From a virus (lineage: Duplodnaviria; Heunggongvirae; Uroviricota; Caudoviricetes), in IMG/VR virus record IMGVR_UViG_2519899780_000005: a stretch of DNA of 47,693 nt; one strand, given 5' to 3'. Position 1 is the first letter of the stretch, and each line of letters starts with the position of its first letter. The notes under the pieces are model-generated. The model worked only from the letters and a program-made list of their open reading frames with translations, was not told where the DNA came from and did no database searches. Of the stretch, positions 11,153 through 21,099 are shown in pieces. Position numbers and translations under genes: made by a program.

Positions 11153-11851
11153 TTACTGCGAAAGTTTGTTAATGGAAAGGAAGCCGCCAAAGTTGCCGAC
11201 GTTATTGCGAAACTTACAGCCGCTCAGGCATTTGCTGCATTTATCCTTCGTGATATCGGACGTCGGCTGGTCATATTCATCCGCGACTGCCGGACCGTGA
11301 TAACCGCACTCATCACCGCGATAGGTCCAGGTGCAGGTGTTGGCCAGCATGATACGCCCCGGAAAAACAGCGCCATCCGTTTCCGTCGGCGTGGACAGTA
11401 CAAAGGAGGCACTCACCGCGCTCAGTTCGCTGCACTGCTCGATGCGCCAGCGGCTGATCACCTCCTGCTCCGGATCGGCGTCTCTGTTTCCGTTGACGAA
11501 GTTCACCGCATCCAGAAAACGGGCGTAAACCTTACGCCGGACCACCGTTCCGCCGACCAGACTCTGCATATCTTCCACCATACCGGTGACCATGCCGTAC
11601 AGGTTAGAGACTGCCAGCGTGGGCCGCGTACTGGTGCCTTTGCCATTCAGTTCAAAACCGCTCCCCTGAATGGGATACGCCTGATACTGCCTCCCCTGCC
11701 AGGTGACCGGCTCACCTTTTTCGTTCTGCTCATTACAGAAAAAATAACGTTCTCCACCGACCTCTGTCAGATCGATTTCCCAGAGCACCACGCTGGCCGA
11801 CTGCTCCGCACGGGTGCATTCATTCAGTGTTTCCTGCCGGATATCCTGCAT
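11153..11851 (-). CDS. L: Minor tail protein L
   Basis: MQDIRQETLNECTRAEQSASVVLWEIDLTEV... matches recalled lambda gpL (232 aa). Confidence 0.9.
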   Translation of the reverse strand: MQDIRQETLNECTRAEQSASVVLWEIDLTEVGGERYFFCNEQNEKGEPVTWQGRQYQAYPIQGSGFELNGKGTSTRPTLAVSNLYGMVTGMVEDMQSLVGGTVVRRKVYARFLDAVNFVNGNRDADPEQEVISRWRIEQCSELSAVSASFVLSTPTETDGAVFPGRIMLANTCTWTYRGDECGYHGPAVADEYDQPTSDITKDKCSKCLSGCKFRNNVGNFGGFLSINKLSQ

Positions 11852-12180
11852 CAGTTCACCACCTGTTCAAACTCTGCGCTGAACTCAACACGCAGCATAC
11901 TGACCCGCGACGACCATTTTGCGCAGGTCACCTTTATCTGCCGCCACTCATAAGGCGGCGTCCACAGAAAGGATTTCCAGCCCCCGTGCTCTTCCAGAAA
12001 CGACTCCAGTACCGTGGCCTCCTCACGGGGGACAGAAAGCGTCACGCTGTACGTTTTCAGGTTGGCATTCAGCCCGGCAGGCGCTCGCTGAGAATAGCCA
12101 TCACCAAAGCGCACCTTTCTTACAGAAGGGACCGAAGCCACATCCATACCGGGTTTCACTTTCCAGCGGAAGGTCTTCAT
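11851..12180 (-). CDS. M: Minor tail protein M
   Basis: 109 aa; position and size match lambda gpM. Confidence 0.9.
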   Translation of the reverse strand: MKTFRWKVKPGMDVASVPSVRKVRFGDGYSQRAPAGLNANLKTYSVTLSVPREEATVLESFLEEHGGWKSFLWTPPYEWRQIKVTCAKWSSRVSMLRVEFSAEFEQVVN

Positions 12181-14750
12181 CGTCCACCTCCGGAGAACAG
12201 GCCACCATCACGCATCTGTGTCTGAATTTCATCACGGGCACCCTTGCGGGCCATGTCATACACCGCCTTCAGAGCAGCCGGACCTATCTGCCCGTTCGTG
12301 CCGTCGTTGTTAATCACCACATGGTTATTCTGCTCAAACGTCCCGGACGCCTGCGACCGGCTGTCTGCCATGCTGCCCGGTGTACCGACATAACCGCCGG
12401 TGGCATAGCCGCGCATCAGCCGGTAAAGATTCCCCACGCCAATCCGGCTGGTTGCCTCCTTCGTGAAGACAAACTCACCACGGTGAACAATCCCCGCTGG
12501 CTCATATTTGCCGCCGGTTCCCGTAAATCCTCCGGTTGCAAAATGGAATTTCGCCGCAGCGGCCTGAATGGCTGTACCGCCTGACGCGGATGCGCCGCCA
12601 CCAACAGCCCCGCCAATGGCGCTGCCGATACTCCCGACAATCCCCACCATTGCCTGCTTAAGCAGAATTTCTGTCATCATGGACAGCACGGAACGGGTGA
12701 ATCCCCGCCAGTTCTGTTCGCTGCCGGTCAGCATCGCCGCCATATTCTGTGCAATACCGTCAAAGGTCTGCGTGGCCACACTTTTAACCTGCGAAAAACT
12801 GTCCGTCGCACTTTCCGCCCACTCTCCCCAGCCGGACTTCATCCCGGCCATCCAGCTTCCACGAAGCTGCTCCTCCGCAGACCAGGTGTTCTTCAGTGCC
12901 GATGTGGCCTTCGCCAGCGCAGCCGGATTATCACCGTACACCTCACGAAGGCGCTGCTCTTCCGACTCCCGCTGCGCCTGACGGTCGGTGAGGCCGCGGG
13001 CTTTTGCGCTGATTGCCGCCTGCTTCGCGCTTTGCTGCTGTTCAAACCGCGCCGCCTGCTGTGCCAGCTCATTCAGCCGCTTCTGGTGTTCAATCTTGTC
13101 TCCCAGCTCAGCCAGCTGGCGTTTGTACTCCAGCGTCTCTTTCTCATGAGCCAGCAGGGATTTTTCCTGCTCAGATAACTGCCGTTTCGTGGCGGCCTCT
13201 TTCAGGACCACATACTGACTTTCCGCTTCCCATAAATCCCGGCGCTGCTGGCTGATTTTCTCATTCACACCGCTGTGTTTTTCCAGCGTCCTGAGCTCGG
13301 TTTCAAGCGCCAGCAGGGCTGCATGCGCCCGGTCTTCCTGGCGCTCACCGGCAGACACCTTCACACCTGACGGCTTTTTCAGCGTCGATTCATAATCCTT
13401 TTTTGCCGACGCCATCAGCGTGTTGTAATCCGCCTGCAGGATTTTTCCGTCTTTCAGGGCCTTATTCAGCTCTTTCTGACGGGCGGTATATTTATCCAGC
13501 GGCGTCTGCAGGCGCTCATACGCCTTCTGCGCCTCTCCGGTATACTTCAGCTGTGACGACTCACGCTCAGCCCTGTCCCTTGCCGCCAGTTCACCGGCTT
13601 TTTCCATATCCGACTGCAGCGTGGCCGCTGCCAGACCCAGACGGGCATTTTCCCGGTCATCCCATGCCCCCTGAAGGTTCGCACGAAAAGAGGAGGTCTT
13701 TCCCCGGCGCTGGCTCCGGCTCTGGTACCACTGCCATTTTTTATCCGCCTCATCAAATGCCCTCTGCGCACTGGCGAGCATATCCGCTGAGGATTCCGGA
13801 CGACCGATATCCAGAATGGCATCCCACATCGATTTGAATGCCTTCCCTGTTTTATCCGCCCAGGTCTCCAGTGTTCCCATGTTTTCTTTCAGGCGACGGG
13901 TCTGCTCATCAAAGCCTTTCGTGGCGATATCGTTCGCCGCCTGCAATGCCCCGGCCTCGTCTCCGGAACGCTGCAGCTGTGCAACATACGCAATCTGCTC
14001 TGCCGTCACGTTACGGAACTGGCGCGCCATCGCCATCAGTCCCGACGTCGGGTCAGTGGTCAGCTTCCCGAAGGCTTCAGCGACTTTATCCACCTCCACA
14101 CCGGATGCAGACGCAAAACGCGCGACACTCTGGTTGATGGCATCAAACTGTTCACCACCACGCACACCGGCATTCACCAGGGCTGCCAGTGACTCTCTCG
14201 CCTGGTTAAACGTCAGCCCTGCTGCCTGCCCGGCTCTTGAGAGCGTCAGCATACGATCGGCAGTCAGTCCGGCCTGATTGCCGGAAAGGACCAGCGTTTT
14301 ATTAAATTCTGAAAGCGTGGCGTCGCCCTGGTACCAGGCGTACGCCAGCGCACCTGTCGCCACCGCCAGCGAGGTGACCCCGACCATCGGCAGGGTGATC
14401 GCACCGGCAAGCCCCCTGAACATGGGGATCATCCCGCCGAAGGAGTCCTTCACCTGACCGCCCTGTTGCAGCAGGATCAACCAGGGATTCTGACCACCGG
14501 CAAGCTGCGTGGCGATATCCGTAAACTGTGCGGGCAGGGTTCGCATGGCCGCTTTATACTGCCCGACGGAAATCCCGGCTTTTTGTGCAGCCAGCGCCTG
14601 GCGGCTCAGGCCCTGTTCAACAGCACTGGCGGTTTTTCTGGCGTCGGTATCCAGACCTGAAAAATGACGCCTTACCCGGCTCATCTGCTCATCGAAACGG
14701 ACAGCATCCAGACTCAGGTCAATAACAAGATCACCAACCGGCTGGGACAT
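12177..14750 (-). CDS. H: Tail tape measure protein H
   Basis: 857 aa, coiled-coil rich; position between G/T and M. Confidence 0.95.
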   Translation of the reverse strand: MSQPVGDLVIDLSLDAVRFDEQMSRVRRHFSGLDTDARKTASAVEQGLSRQALAAQKAGISVGQYKAAMRTLPAQFTDIATQLAGGQNPWLILLQQGGQVKDSFGGMIPMFRGLAGAITLPMVGVTSLAVATGALAYAWYQGDATLSEFNKTLVLSGNQAGLTADRMLTLSRAGQAAGLTFNQARESLAALVNAGVRGGEQFDAINQSVARFASASGVEVDKVAEAFGKLTTDPTSGLMAMARQFRNVTAEQIAYVAQLQRSGDEAGALQAANDIATKGFDEQTRRLKENMGTLETWADKTGKAFKSMWDAILDIGRPESSADMLASAQRAFDEADKKWQWYQSRSQRRGKTSSFRANLQGAWDDRENARLGLAAATLQSDMEKAGELAARDRAERESSQLKYTGEAQKAYERLQTPLDKYTARQKELNKALKDGKILQADYNTLMASAKKDYESTLKKPSGVKVSAGERQEDRAHAALLALETELRTLEKHSGVNEKISQQRRDLWEAESQYVVLKEAATKRQLSEQEKSLLAHEKETLEYKRQLAELGDKIEHQKRLNELAQQAARFEQQQSAKQAAISAKARGLTDRQAQRESEEQRLREVYGDNPAALAKATSALKNTWSAEEQLRGSWMAGMKSGWGEWAESATDSFSQVKSVATQTFDGIAQNMAAMLTGSEQNWRGFTRSVLSMMTEILLKQAMVGIVGSIGSAIGGAVGGGASASGGTAIQAAAAKFHFATGGFTGTGGKYEPAGIVHRGEFVFTKEATSRIGVGNLYRLMRGYATGGYVGTPGSMADSRSQASGTFEQNNHVVINNDGTNGQIGPAALKAVYDMARKGARDEIQTQMRDGGLFSGGGR

Positions 14751-15602
14751 ATCTCACACCTCCCGGAATCCCCGCTGAAGCCATCATTAATGCGGCATCA
14801 TCCACCATGACATCCGCCACATCCGCAGACGATAAAATATCGCGCCCTCCGTCCCCACCGAACCGGACGCCTCCGGCAAGTCCTGCCGCTTTCTGCATCA
14901 GCATTTTGTCCTCATCCGGCCTCTCCACCTGCTCTTCCTCATGCCGGGGGACAAGCAGACTGAAATCAGAGGGATGCATATCCGGATCGCAAAAAAACAG
15001 GCTGAGTACAGCGTACGTCAGCCCGGAAAAATGCATATCCAGCTGGGTATCCTGAAAATAATGCGTGCGGTAAAAACGGTGCCAGTCGGCATATTCGGTG
15101 GATGTCATCCCGGCAAGCATGGCGCGCCAGTCGGGTCTCCCCATCTCACGCGCCAGTCTGAGGGCAAAGTTCAGCTCGCCGTCGAAGACTTTCCCGCAGA
15201 AAAATCATCATCAGTCAGCGTGTTATTTTTCGCCACTTCAGTAATATCAGTATCCGGACGAACAGCTTCGATCATCCCGGACAGGCACAACACCACGTCT
15301 TCCGCCCGGGCAATGGCATCGGCAGGCCAGGTGGTGAGCACTTCCTGCTCTATCTTCATCACGGCCTCATTCATTGACGGTGACTGCGTTTTCTGTGGAT
15401 GGTTATGCCACAGGGACATCGCCACCAGAAACGCGCCGGTTCTGACGAGATCTTCCACGCTAACCTGCAGGTTGCCGCAGGATTCTGCCTGTTCTGCACG
15501 CCGTTTCAGGAGGGCAAGATGCTCGATACGCTGCAGCGCAGACAATTCGGAAAGCGTGACAGACACACCGTTATATTCAAATTGTTCTGTTTTCAGAAAC
15601 AT
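14731..15602 (-). CDS. GT: Tail assembly chaperone G-T fusion made by programmed -1 frameshift
   Basis: T-frame ORF (…WRAMLAGMTSTEYADWHRFY…) overlaps the 3' end of G in the -1 frame; slippery GGGAAAG is near the G stop. Confidence 0.75.
15171..15602 (-). CDS. G: Tail assembly chaperone G
   Basis: MFLKTEQFEYNGVSVTLSELSALQRIEHLAL... matches recalled lambda gpG. Confidence 0.9.
   Translation of the reverse strand: MFLKTEQFEYNGVSVTLSELSALQRIEHLALLKRRAEQAESCGNLQVSVEDLVRTGAFLVAMSLWHNHPQKTQSPSMNEAVMKIEQEVLTTWPADAIARAEDVVLCLSGMIEAVRPDTDITEVAKNNTLTDDDFSAGKSSTAS
15190..15196 (-). other. Slippery heptamer G GGA AAG for the G/GT -1 frameshift
   Basis: Minus-strand sequence ctgcGGGAAAGtc about 20 nt upstream of the G stop codon. 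Confidence 0.6.
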
Positions 15603-15615
15603 GTATTACCTCCGT

Positions 15616-16368
15616 TTACCCTGCAGCGCCCGCTTCAGTAACGGTGACTTCAGCCACTGCGGCGAACTGACCATTTCCGCTCACCACAGGGATCTGCACC
15701 TTACCTGTCGCCACGCCGTTTACCGTAATTGTCATATCTTTCACACTAATGGTGGCTTTCGACGGATCGGCGGAAACCGCTCTGAACGTCTTGTCGGTTG
15801 CACTTTCCGGCTCAAAAGAAACCGTCAGGGTGGTTGTTTTCCCTTTTGCCACCGTACCGGATGTCGGCGTCACCTTAATCGCACTGACCGGCGTAATTTT
15901 GCTGCGTTCTTCCGCTACAGAAGGTTTACCCACGTTAGTGACTTTCACCGTGCGGGTGATCACTTCTTTCGCCGTCACGGCCTTACCGATACTGCTGACC
16001 CAGCCACGAAACACATCCACCGTGCCATTCGGAAAACGGATTTTATAGGCCCGGACATCGCCGCTTTCAAACCAGCCTATAAGCCCTTTCTGACATTCCT
16101 CTCCCGGTTTCCAGGCCAGCGTAAAACTGGTATCACCTGCAGATTTCTGCCCCTGCCCGGTCGCGGTCCAGTCTGCGTCTTCATCATCCAGGTAGTTATC
16201 ATCGTAGGATTCTGCCGTCATCTCGCCCGGCGTCAGATCCTTCACCTTAGCCAGTCGCTGCCAGTCAGCGTCTGACAACGGGTTTGCATAAGCATCACCC
16301 TTGCCGTTGTAAACCCACAGAGTGGTACCGGCACCTTTTACTGGCTCCAGGGGATTTGGTGTTGCCAT
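15616..16368 (-). CDS. V: Major tail protein V with C-terminal Ig-like domain
   Basis: [33 protein letters not shown]... matches recalled lambda gpV. Confidence 0.95.
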   Translation of the reverse strand: MATPNPLEPVKGAGTTLWVYNGKGDAYANPLSDADWQRLAKVKDLTPGEMTAESYDDNYLDDEDADWTATGQGQKSAGDTSFTLAWKPGEECQKGLIGWFESGDVRAYKIRFPNGTVDVFRGWVSSIGKAVTAKEVITRTVKVTNVGKPSVAEERSKITPVSAIKVTPTSGTVAKGKTTTLTVSFEPESATDKTFRAVSADPSKATISVKDMTITVNGVATGKVQIPVVSGNGQFAAVAEVTVTEAGAAG

Positions 16369-16375
16369 ATCGTCC

Positions 16376-16771
16376 TCACATCTCGTATGTAATGGAATAA
16401 GTCAGATCCGCAGAGCTCCATAACGCCATATCGTCATCACGACGATACTCATAGCCCTGCGTAACCATCGTGGTAATCAGTCCTGCCAGTGCCGGGATCG
16501 CAGTCATCGCCGGATAAATCCGGCTTTCCATCCACTGATCAAGCTCTGAATCCGGTACCTGTGCCGGTAAAAACACCTCAATATGCAGTGTGGCCCGCCA
16601 GGTATCTGCATCCAGCTCTTCACCGGTATACTCTGCATCCGTCAGATAAACCGCGATCGCAGGAAAATCCTCTTCGTCAAAAACAACGGGGCGACCATCA
16701 AACAGCGTCGCCCCGTGTTCATGCTGCTCGAGTGCATCCAGCACTGCAGCACGGATATCAGTGTGTTTCAT
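16376..16771 (-). CDS. U: Tail terminator protein U
   Basis: 131 aa; position and size match lambda gpU. Confidence 0.9.
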   Translation of the reverse strand: MKHTDIRAAVLDALEQHEHGATLFDGRPVVFDEEDFPAIAVYLTDAEYTGEELDADTWRATLHIEVFLPAQVPDSELDQWMESRIYPAMTAIPALAGLITTMVTQGYEYRRDDDMALWSSADLTYSITYEM

Positions 16772-17343
16772 CGTTTTATCGCAATCCTCAGTTGTTGTTT
16801 CAGCGCGGATGCCAGTTCTCCGGGCAGGCGTTCACGCCGGATACGGTCAACATTCTCATCAAATGCCTGTTTCAGTGGGGCCGCCATCGGGATTTTCACC
16901 ACCTGAATGGGAAGGCGATTACGCTTTTTCCTTCCCTTGTCGTCATTGCCCTCCTCATATCTGGCCTGGGGAAGACGTTGCATAACATGCCAGCGCCCAT
17001 TATTTAATCGCTGGATAAATGCCCGCTGATAACGATGCTGACCGGCTTTGAGTATGCTGTTCGGACGACGCCCCAGCATTCTGATCCCCAGCTTAATCAC
17101 AGGGAGATCACCGCGGTTAACGATAATTCTGGCATTCGGATTTCTGACCGTCGCCCGTTTCAGTCTGGACCGTTCCTTAACCAGTTTCCGGCGAACCTTT
17201 GTCTCCCGGGCAACCTGTGATGAAGACTGATTAATCGCCGTTGTGGCCACGCGGTTAATGGTCATTGCAGAAGCAGCCGGAATGGCGTTTTTACGAACCC
17301 GGCTCAGATTGTCAATCGCCTGATCAAGCCCTTTTATCGCCAT
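16768..17343 (-). CDS. Z: Tail completion protein Z
   Basis: 191 aa; position match to lambda gpZ. Confidence 0.85.
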   Translation of the reverse strand: MAIKGLDQAIDNLSRVRKNAIPAASAMTINRVATTAINQSSSQVARETKVRRKLVKERSRLKRATVRNPNARIIVNRGDLPVIKLGIRMLGRRPNSILKAGQHRYQRAFIQRLNNGRWHVMQRLPQARYEEGNDDKGRKKRNRLPIQVVKIPMAAPLKQAFDENVDRIRRERLPGELASALKQQLRIAIKR

Positions 17344-17357
17344 AATTCACCCTGCGT

Positions 17358-17711
17358 TTATCGTCGCCGGTTAACTGCGGGTGGTTGCCCACGGTTGAGC
17401 CAGAGATAACAGCTACCCCCGTCATCCGGAGAAACACGATCCACCCAGAATGTCTCACCATTAATGGTCAGCGTGTCACCACGCCGCACGGCACGAACCG
17501 TATCCGTCCGCACAAATAATGACGGGCTGCTTCCTTCAATACGGACCCCGCTACCGGCAAACCCCAGCGACTCCGGATCGTCAAAAACCCCCTGAACTTC
17601 GCTGCCACACTGTGCCCCCGAGGTGAACTGCGCACAGAGCCCCATCACTTCAACAATCGTTCTGTCCACCCCGGCAAGGGCAGCATCAAAGGAATTCTCA
17701 AAATCACGCAT
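17358..17711 (-). CDS. FII: Head-tail connector protein FII
   Basis: C-terminus …TLTINGETFWVDRVSPDDGGSCYLWLNRGQPPAVNRRR matches recalled lambda gpFII. Confidence 0.9.
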   Translation of the reverse strand: MRDFENSFDAALAGVDRTIVEVMGLCAQFTSGAQCGSEVQGVFDDPESLGFAGSGVRIEGSSPSLFVRTDTVRAVRRGDTLTINGETFWVDRVSPDDGGSCYLWLNRGQPPAVNRRR

Positions 17712-18072
17712 AAACGGCCATTCCGCTCCTGACCATGTCTTTTGCCACTGAGGGGGGCATCAGAATTACTCTGCCAGCATCAACATGCTCAACAGGCTCA
17801 CCTGTTTCATCGTCAACACCGCACAGGTAAAAACACTTCAGAAGCCTGATACGTTCCAGAATACCAACGTCATCCTCACCGGTGTGCCTGCATGCCTGCT
17901 CATGAACGGTATCATCAACATCTGCGATTTCATTTTCCGAGGCGCAAACCTCCTCTTCCCACTCTGCCACACGCTGTGCGATATCCGCAGCACTCCCCGA
18001 CATATCCGCCTCGCGCCCCAGCAGACCAGCCAGTTCACAAAGACGTTTCTGATTTTCTTCTTTTGTTGCCAT
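17704..18072 (-). CDS. FI: DNA packaging protein FI-like (start taken at MATKEENQ)
   Basis: Acidic small protein between E and FII; assigned by position. Confidence 0.65.
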   Translation of the reverse strand: MATKEENQKRLCELAGLLGREADMSGSAADIAQRVAEWEEEVCASENEIADVDDTVHEQACRHTGEDDVGILERIRLLKCFYLCGVDDETGEPVEHVDAGRVILMPPSVAKDMVRSGMAVYA

Positions 18073-18123
18073 ATCCAGCTCCCTGTGAAAAAAACACGGG
18101 GGCATTTCGCCCCCGCTCACGGA

Positions 18124-19152
18124 TTATTTCACCTGTACCACCACAAACTCATCCGGATCCGGCAGCACCATCAGCGGCGCGGACTGCGTCATGGTGAATT
18201 CACAGGACGGATCGCCCACGGTCAGCCAGTGTTTCGGGTAACGGGAAGAAGCCACCACCCCTTCAGACAACGCCTGTGCATCCTTAATGGCTCCATAGCA
18301 ACGAATCCCCTCTGCTGCCGTATTCCCCAGCACCAGCGTGCCCTCCGGCAGATAACGTTTTTCGGTACCGTCCTCTGCCACATAAGACGTTTTCGCTACC
18401 ACAATGGCCAGATCGCCGTAATACCCCTTGAAGGATACCACTGCGCCCAGATCTTTCACTGCCGTTTCGAGTTGTGAATTTGAACCGCGACGGGTATCCA
18501 TTTTTTCGCGGAAAAGCTTAAAGCCATTCAGCAGACGCCAGACGGTACCGTCCATAATGGCAATATTCACAAGACCACTGGCCTGATCACAGAAAAGGTC
18601 GATATCATATGTCGGGTCGAACGTGTCACGATCCTGTTTTGACCACTCCTTACCGCTACCTTGTATGATGTTATTCTTCGTCGATCGGCCAAAATCGACT
18701 TCAATTTTCTCGAACTGGTCTCCTTCCATCGTATATTTGCCATACAGCACGGCATTCACCGCCTGCATTTCTTCCACCTGCACAATAGCGTGCTCTTCCT
18801 GTTTGAGGTTATCAGTGATGATACGCAGACGACGGTAGGCCGGGTCGTTCAGCTGAGCCGGATCTTCACCGGGAAGGCGCTCAACCGCCTGCTGGTAATT
18901 AAATTCGTGTTTCGGCTTGACGTAGCCCGGACGCAACACGCGGGTTTCACCACCACGATGGCGCAGCACTTTTCCTTCAACGATCGGGGAGACATAGGCC
19001 GCCACCGGCGTTTTTCCGGTAATTTTGTCCAGCATCACCTCTTCGGTGTGGAAATTCACCGTACGGCGGAAAAACAGCTCCAGAAATAGCGCACGGAATT
19101 TAACTTTTTGTTCGGTATAACCGAGTAACTGGCGGGTCGTAAACAATCCCAT
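18124..19152 (-). CDS. E: Major capsid protein E
   Basis: 342 aa; multiple blocks match recalled lambda gpE (YVSPIV.G.V...GYVKPKHE..., ...RRGSNS.LETAVKDLG...). Confidence 0.95.
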   Translation of the reverse strand: MGLFTTRQLLGYTEQKVKFRALFLELFFRRTVNFHTEEVMLDKITGKTPVAAYVSPIVEGKVLRHRGGETRVLRPGYVKPKHEFNYQQAVERLPGEDPAQLNDPAYRRLRIITDNLKQEEHAIVQVEEMQAVNAVLYGKYTMEGDQFEKIEVDFGRSTKNNIIQGSGKEWSKQDRDTFDPTYDIDLFCDQASGLVNIAIMDGTVWRLLNGFKLFREKMDTRRGSNSQLETAVKDLGAVVSFKGYYGDLAIVVAKTSYVAEDGTEKRYLPEGTLVLGNTAAEGIRCYGAIKDAQALSEGVVASSRYPKHWLTVGDPSCEFTMTQSAPLMVLPDPDEFVVVQVK

Positions 19153-19209
19153 AAATCAGTTCCTTTCATTCAGAAATCAGTCAGGCCACCATGGTGGCCT
19201 GATAACGTG

Positions 19210-19557
19210 TTACGGCAGAGCCGCGTGACTCAGGGCTGTGCCGGCAAAGGCATTTGCCTTTTTGTGTTCATCCACACTGTCAGGCCAGCGGATTGCCTCC
19301 GTCGCAAAGGTCCCCGACTTGTAATAGGTCAGCACCGTCTCTGTGCCTTCAAGCGGCAGTACCAGTATGCCAACCGCACTACCGGCTTTCTGTCCATCCC
19401 AGACCACCAGTTTCCCGGTGGCTTCATCCAGCATCAGGGGCGTCAGAGCCGGTGTTGCAGAAGAAATCCCGCTGCTGCCTGTGGCGGTATGAGCCGGATC
19501 ATTACCAGCAAAAATACGTACTTCCGCACGCTGTTCAGTGATGGTTTTCGTCACCAT
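19210..19557 (-). CDS. D: Head decoration protein D
   Basis: …NDPAHTAT…TPLMLD…KLV.WDG…GILV…YKSGTF… matches recalled lambda gpD. Confidence 0.9.
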   Translation of the reverse strand: MVTKTITEQRAEVRIFAGNDPAHTATGSSGISSATPALTPLMLDEATGKLVVWDGQKAGSAVGILVLPLEGTETVLTYYKSGTFATEAIRWPDSVDEHKKANAFAGTALSHAALP

Positions 19558-19593
19558 TTTGTTAAAACCTCATATTGATGGTCAGCACTGACT

Positions 19594-21099
19594 TCATGGC
19601 ATGGCCATGAGCATTTTCACGTCCGCATCACCGTCTGCTGACGTCTGTGACACGCCACCCCGCACCGCTGCCGGTGAATGATTCGCCATGAAATGTTCAA
19701 ACAGGGCGGTTGTGGATGCAGAGACCGGTTCGGCCTTACCTGATCCCGCAGCCAGCACAGCCCGGGCGTTCTCCACGGTCATTCCCGGGCAGGCCGCCAG
19801 TTTTTCAGCCTGCGCTTCTGCCCCTTTTGCCTCATCCAGGGCCATGATCTGATCACGAAGTGAGGGCCCGGCATCCGCCTGCGGTGAGGCAGCCAAGATC
19901 GGGCGGGCTTTTTCCACCGTCATCTCCGGCATCGCCGCCAGCGTTGCCGCCAGTTGTTCACGACCGTTCGCTTCTTCACACGCCATAATGCGATCGGCTT
20001 CACTCTGCGCGGATGCCACCGGCTGCTGCGGTGCCGCCGCGGTCAGAATCGCCCGGGCCTGTTCAACGCTCATGCCCTGTTGCCCTGCCAGCATCGTGGC
20101 AAGCTGTTCACGTCCTTTCGCTTCCTGGCATGTCAGGATCCCCATCACTCGCTGGTTCTCCTGCACGGCGGCTTCCGTTGCAGTTAATTGCGGCATAGTG
20201 CCTCCTCTGACATTACTGTTCAGCGCCGTGGCCATCACACTGATGGCATCCGACGCATTGATTAATTCATCCGCCAGCCCGGCCTCAATGCCGGACTGAC
20301 CTTCAAAAACGGCGGCCTCTGTTCCCGTGACCGCATCCACAGACAACCCGGTATACATCGCCACTTTTTCGGCAAACATCCGGTGCGCCGCATCAACCCG
20401 CTGCTGCATGTCCTGACGCACCTCTGCCGGTAAGACTTCAAACTGATTGCCATCCACCTTGTGCGCCCCGGCATAAATCAGCGTGATATCCACCCCGGCC
20501 TGCGCCAGATTACCGGCATAGCTGACATGGCTCATCATCACACCAATGGAGCCGATACGGGATGTCTGGGTAACCAGCCGTCGGGAGCAGGCCGACGCCA
20601 GCAGCATGGCTGCAGAACAGGCCGTGTCATTGCACAGTGCCCAGACCGGCTTCTGCTGACGGAGGCGGTAAATCATGTCAGCGCAGTCAAACGCGCCGGC
20701 GGCCTGCCCGCCCGGACTGTCAATGTCCAGCAGTACGCCCCGCACCTGGCTATCTGCCATTGCCTGCTGAAGACAGGCGACAATGCCGTCATAGCCTGTC
20801 ATTCCGGAAAATGGCCGCATACCGCCCAGCCGGTGCACCAGCGTGCCGGTCACCGGCAGTACAGCAATACCGTTCACCACCCGGTAAACACGGGCCGGTC
20901 GTTTACCTCCGGCCATGTACTCGTCCGTTTCAGCCAGCATTCCGGGAGCATCAAACTGTACCTGCTGTTGTGGTACCGAAAGACTTGCTGCCCCCATCTC
21001 GCGCCCGAGCGCGCAAAAGAAAACCCGCGCATAGGCGGGCTCCAGAAGCAGCGGTTCATTGAATGCTGCGGCAATAATGTGTGAAAGATTACGTCTCAC
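19594..21099 (-). CDS. C: Capsid assembly protease C (S49 family) with embedded scaffold (Nu3-like) region
   Basis: MRRNLSHIIAAAFNEPLLLEPAYARVFFCAL... matches recalled lambda gpC; 501 aa, longer than lambda because of an internal triplication. Confidence 0.9.
   Translation of the reverse strand: MRRNLSHIIAAAFNEPLLLEPAYARVFFCALGREMGAASLSVPQQQVQFDAPGMLAETDEYMAGGKRPARVYRVVNGIAVLPVTGTLVHRLGGMRPFSGMTGYDGIVACLQQAMADSQVRGVLLDIDSPGGQAAGAFDCADMIYRLRQQKPVWALCNDTACSAAMLLASACSRRLVTQTSRIGSIGVMMSHVSYAGNLAQAGVDITLIYAGAHKVDGNQFEVLPAEVRQDMQQRVDAAHRMFAEKVAMYTGLSVDAVTGTEAAVFEGQSGIEAGLADELINASDAISVMATALNSNVRGGTMPQLTATEAAVQENQRVMGILTCQEAKGREQLATMLAGQQGMSVEQARAILTAAAPQQPVASAQSEADRIMACEEANGREQLAATLAAMPEMTVEKARPILAASPQADAGPSLRDQIMALDEAKGAEAQAEKLAACPGMTVENARAVLAAGSGKAEPVSASTTALFEHFMANHSPAAVRGGVSQTSADGDADVKMLMAMP
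19737..20187 (-). repeat. Three tandem ~47-51-aa coding repeats in the C-terminal scaffold part of C (coordinates approximate)
   Basis: Repeated motif I(L/M)(T/A)C(Q/E)EA(K/N)GREQLA…M(S/T)VE(Q/K)AR.IL.A seen three times in the translation. Confidence 0.6.

Noticed and set aside
14941-16275. 444-aa plus-strand ORF antisense to G and V
   Set aside because: Overlaps confidently assigned tail genes on the opposite strand and has no motif or RBS support.
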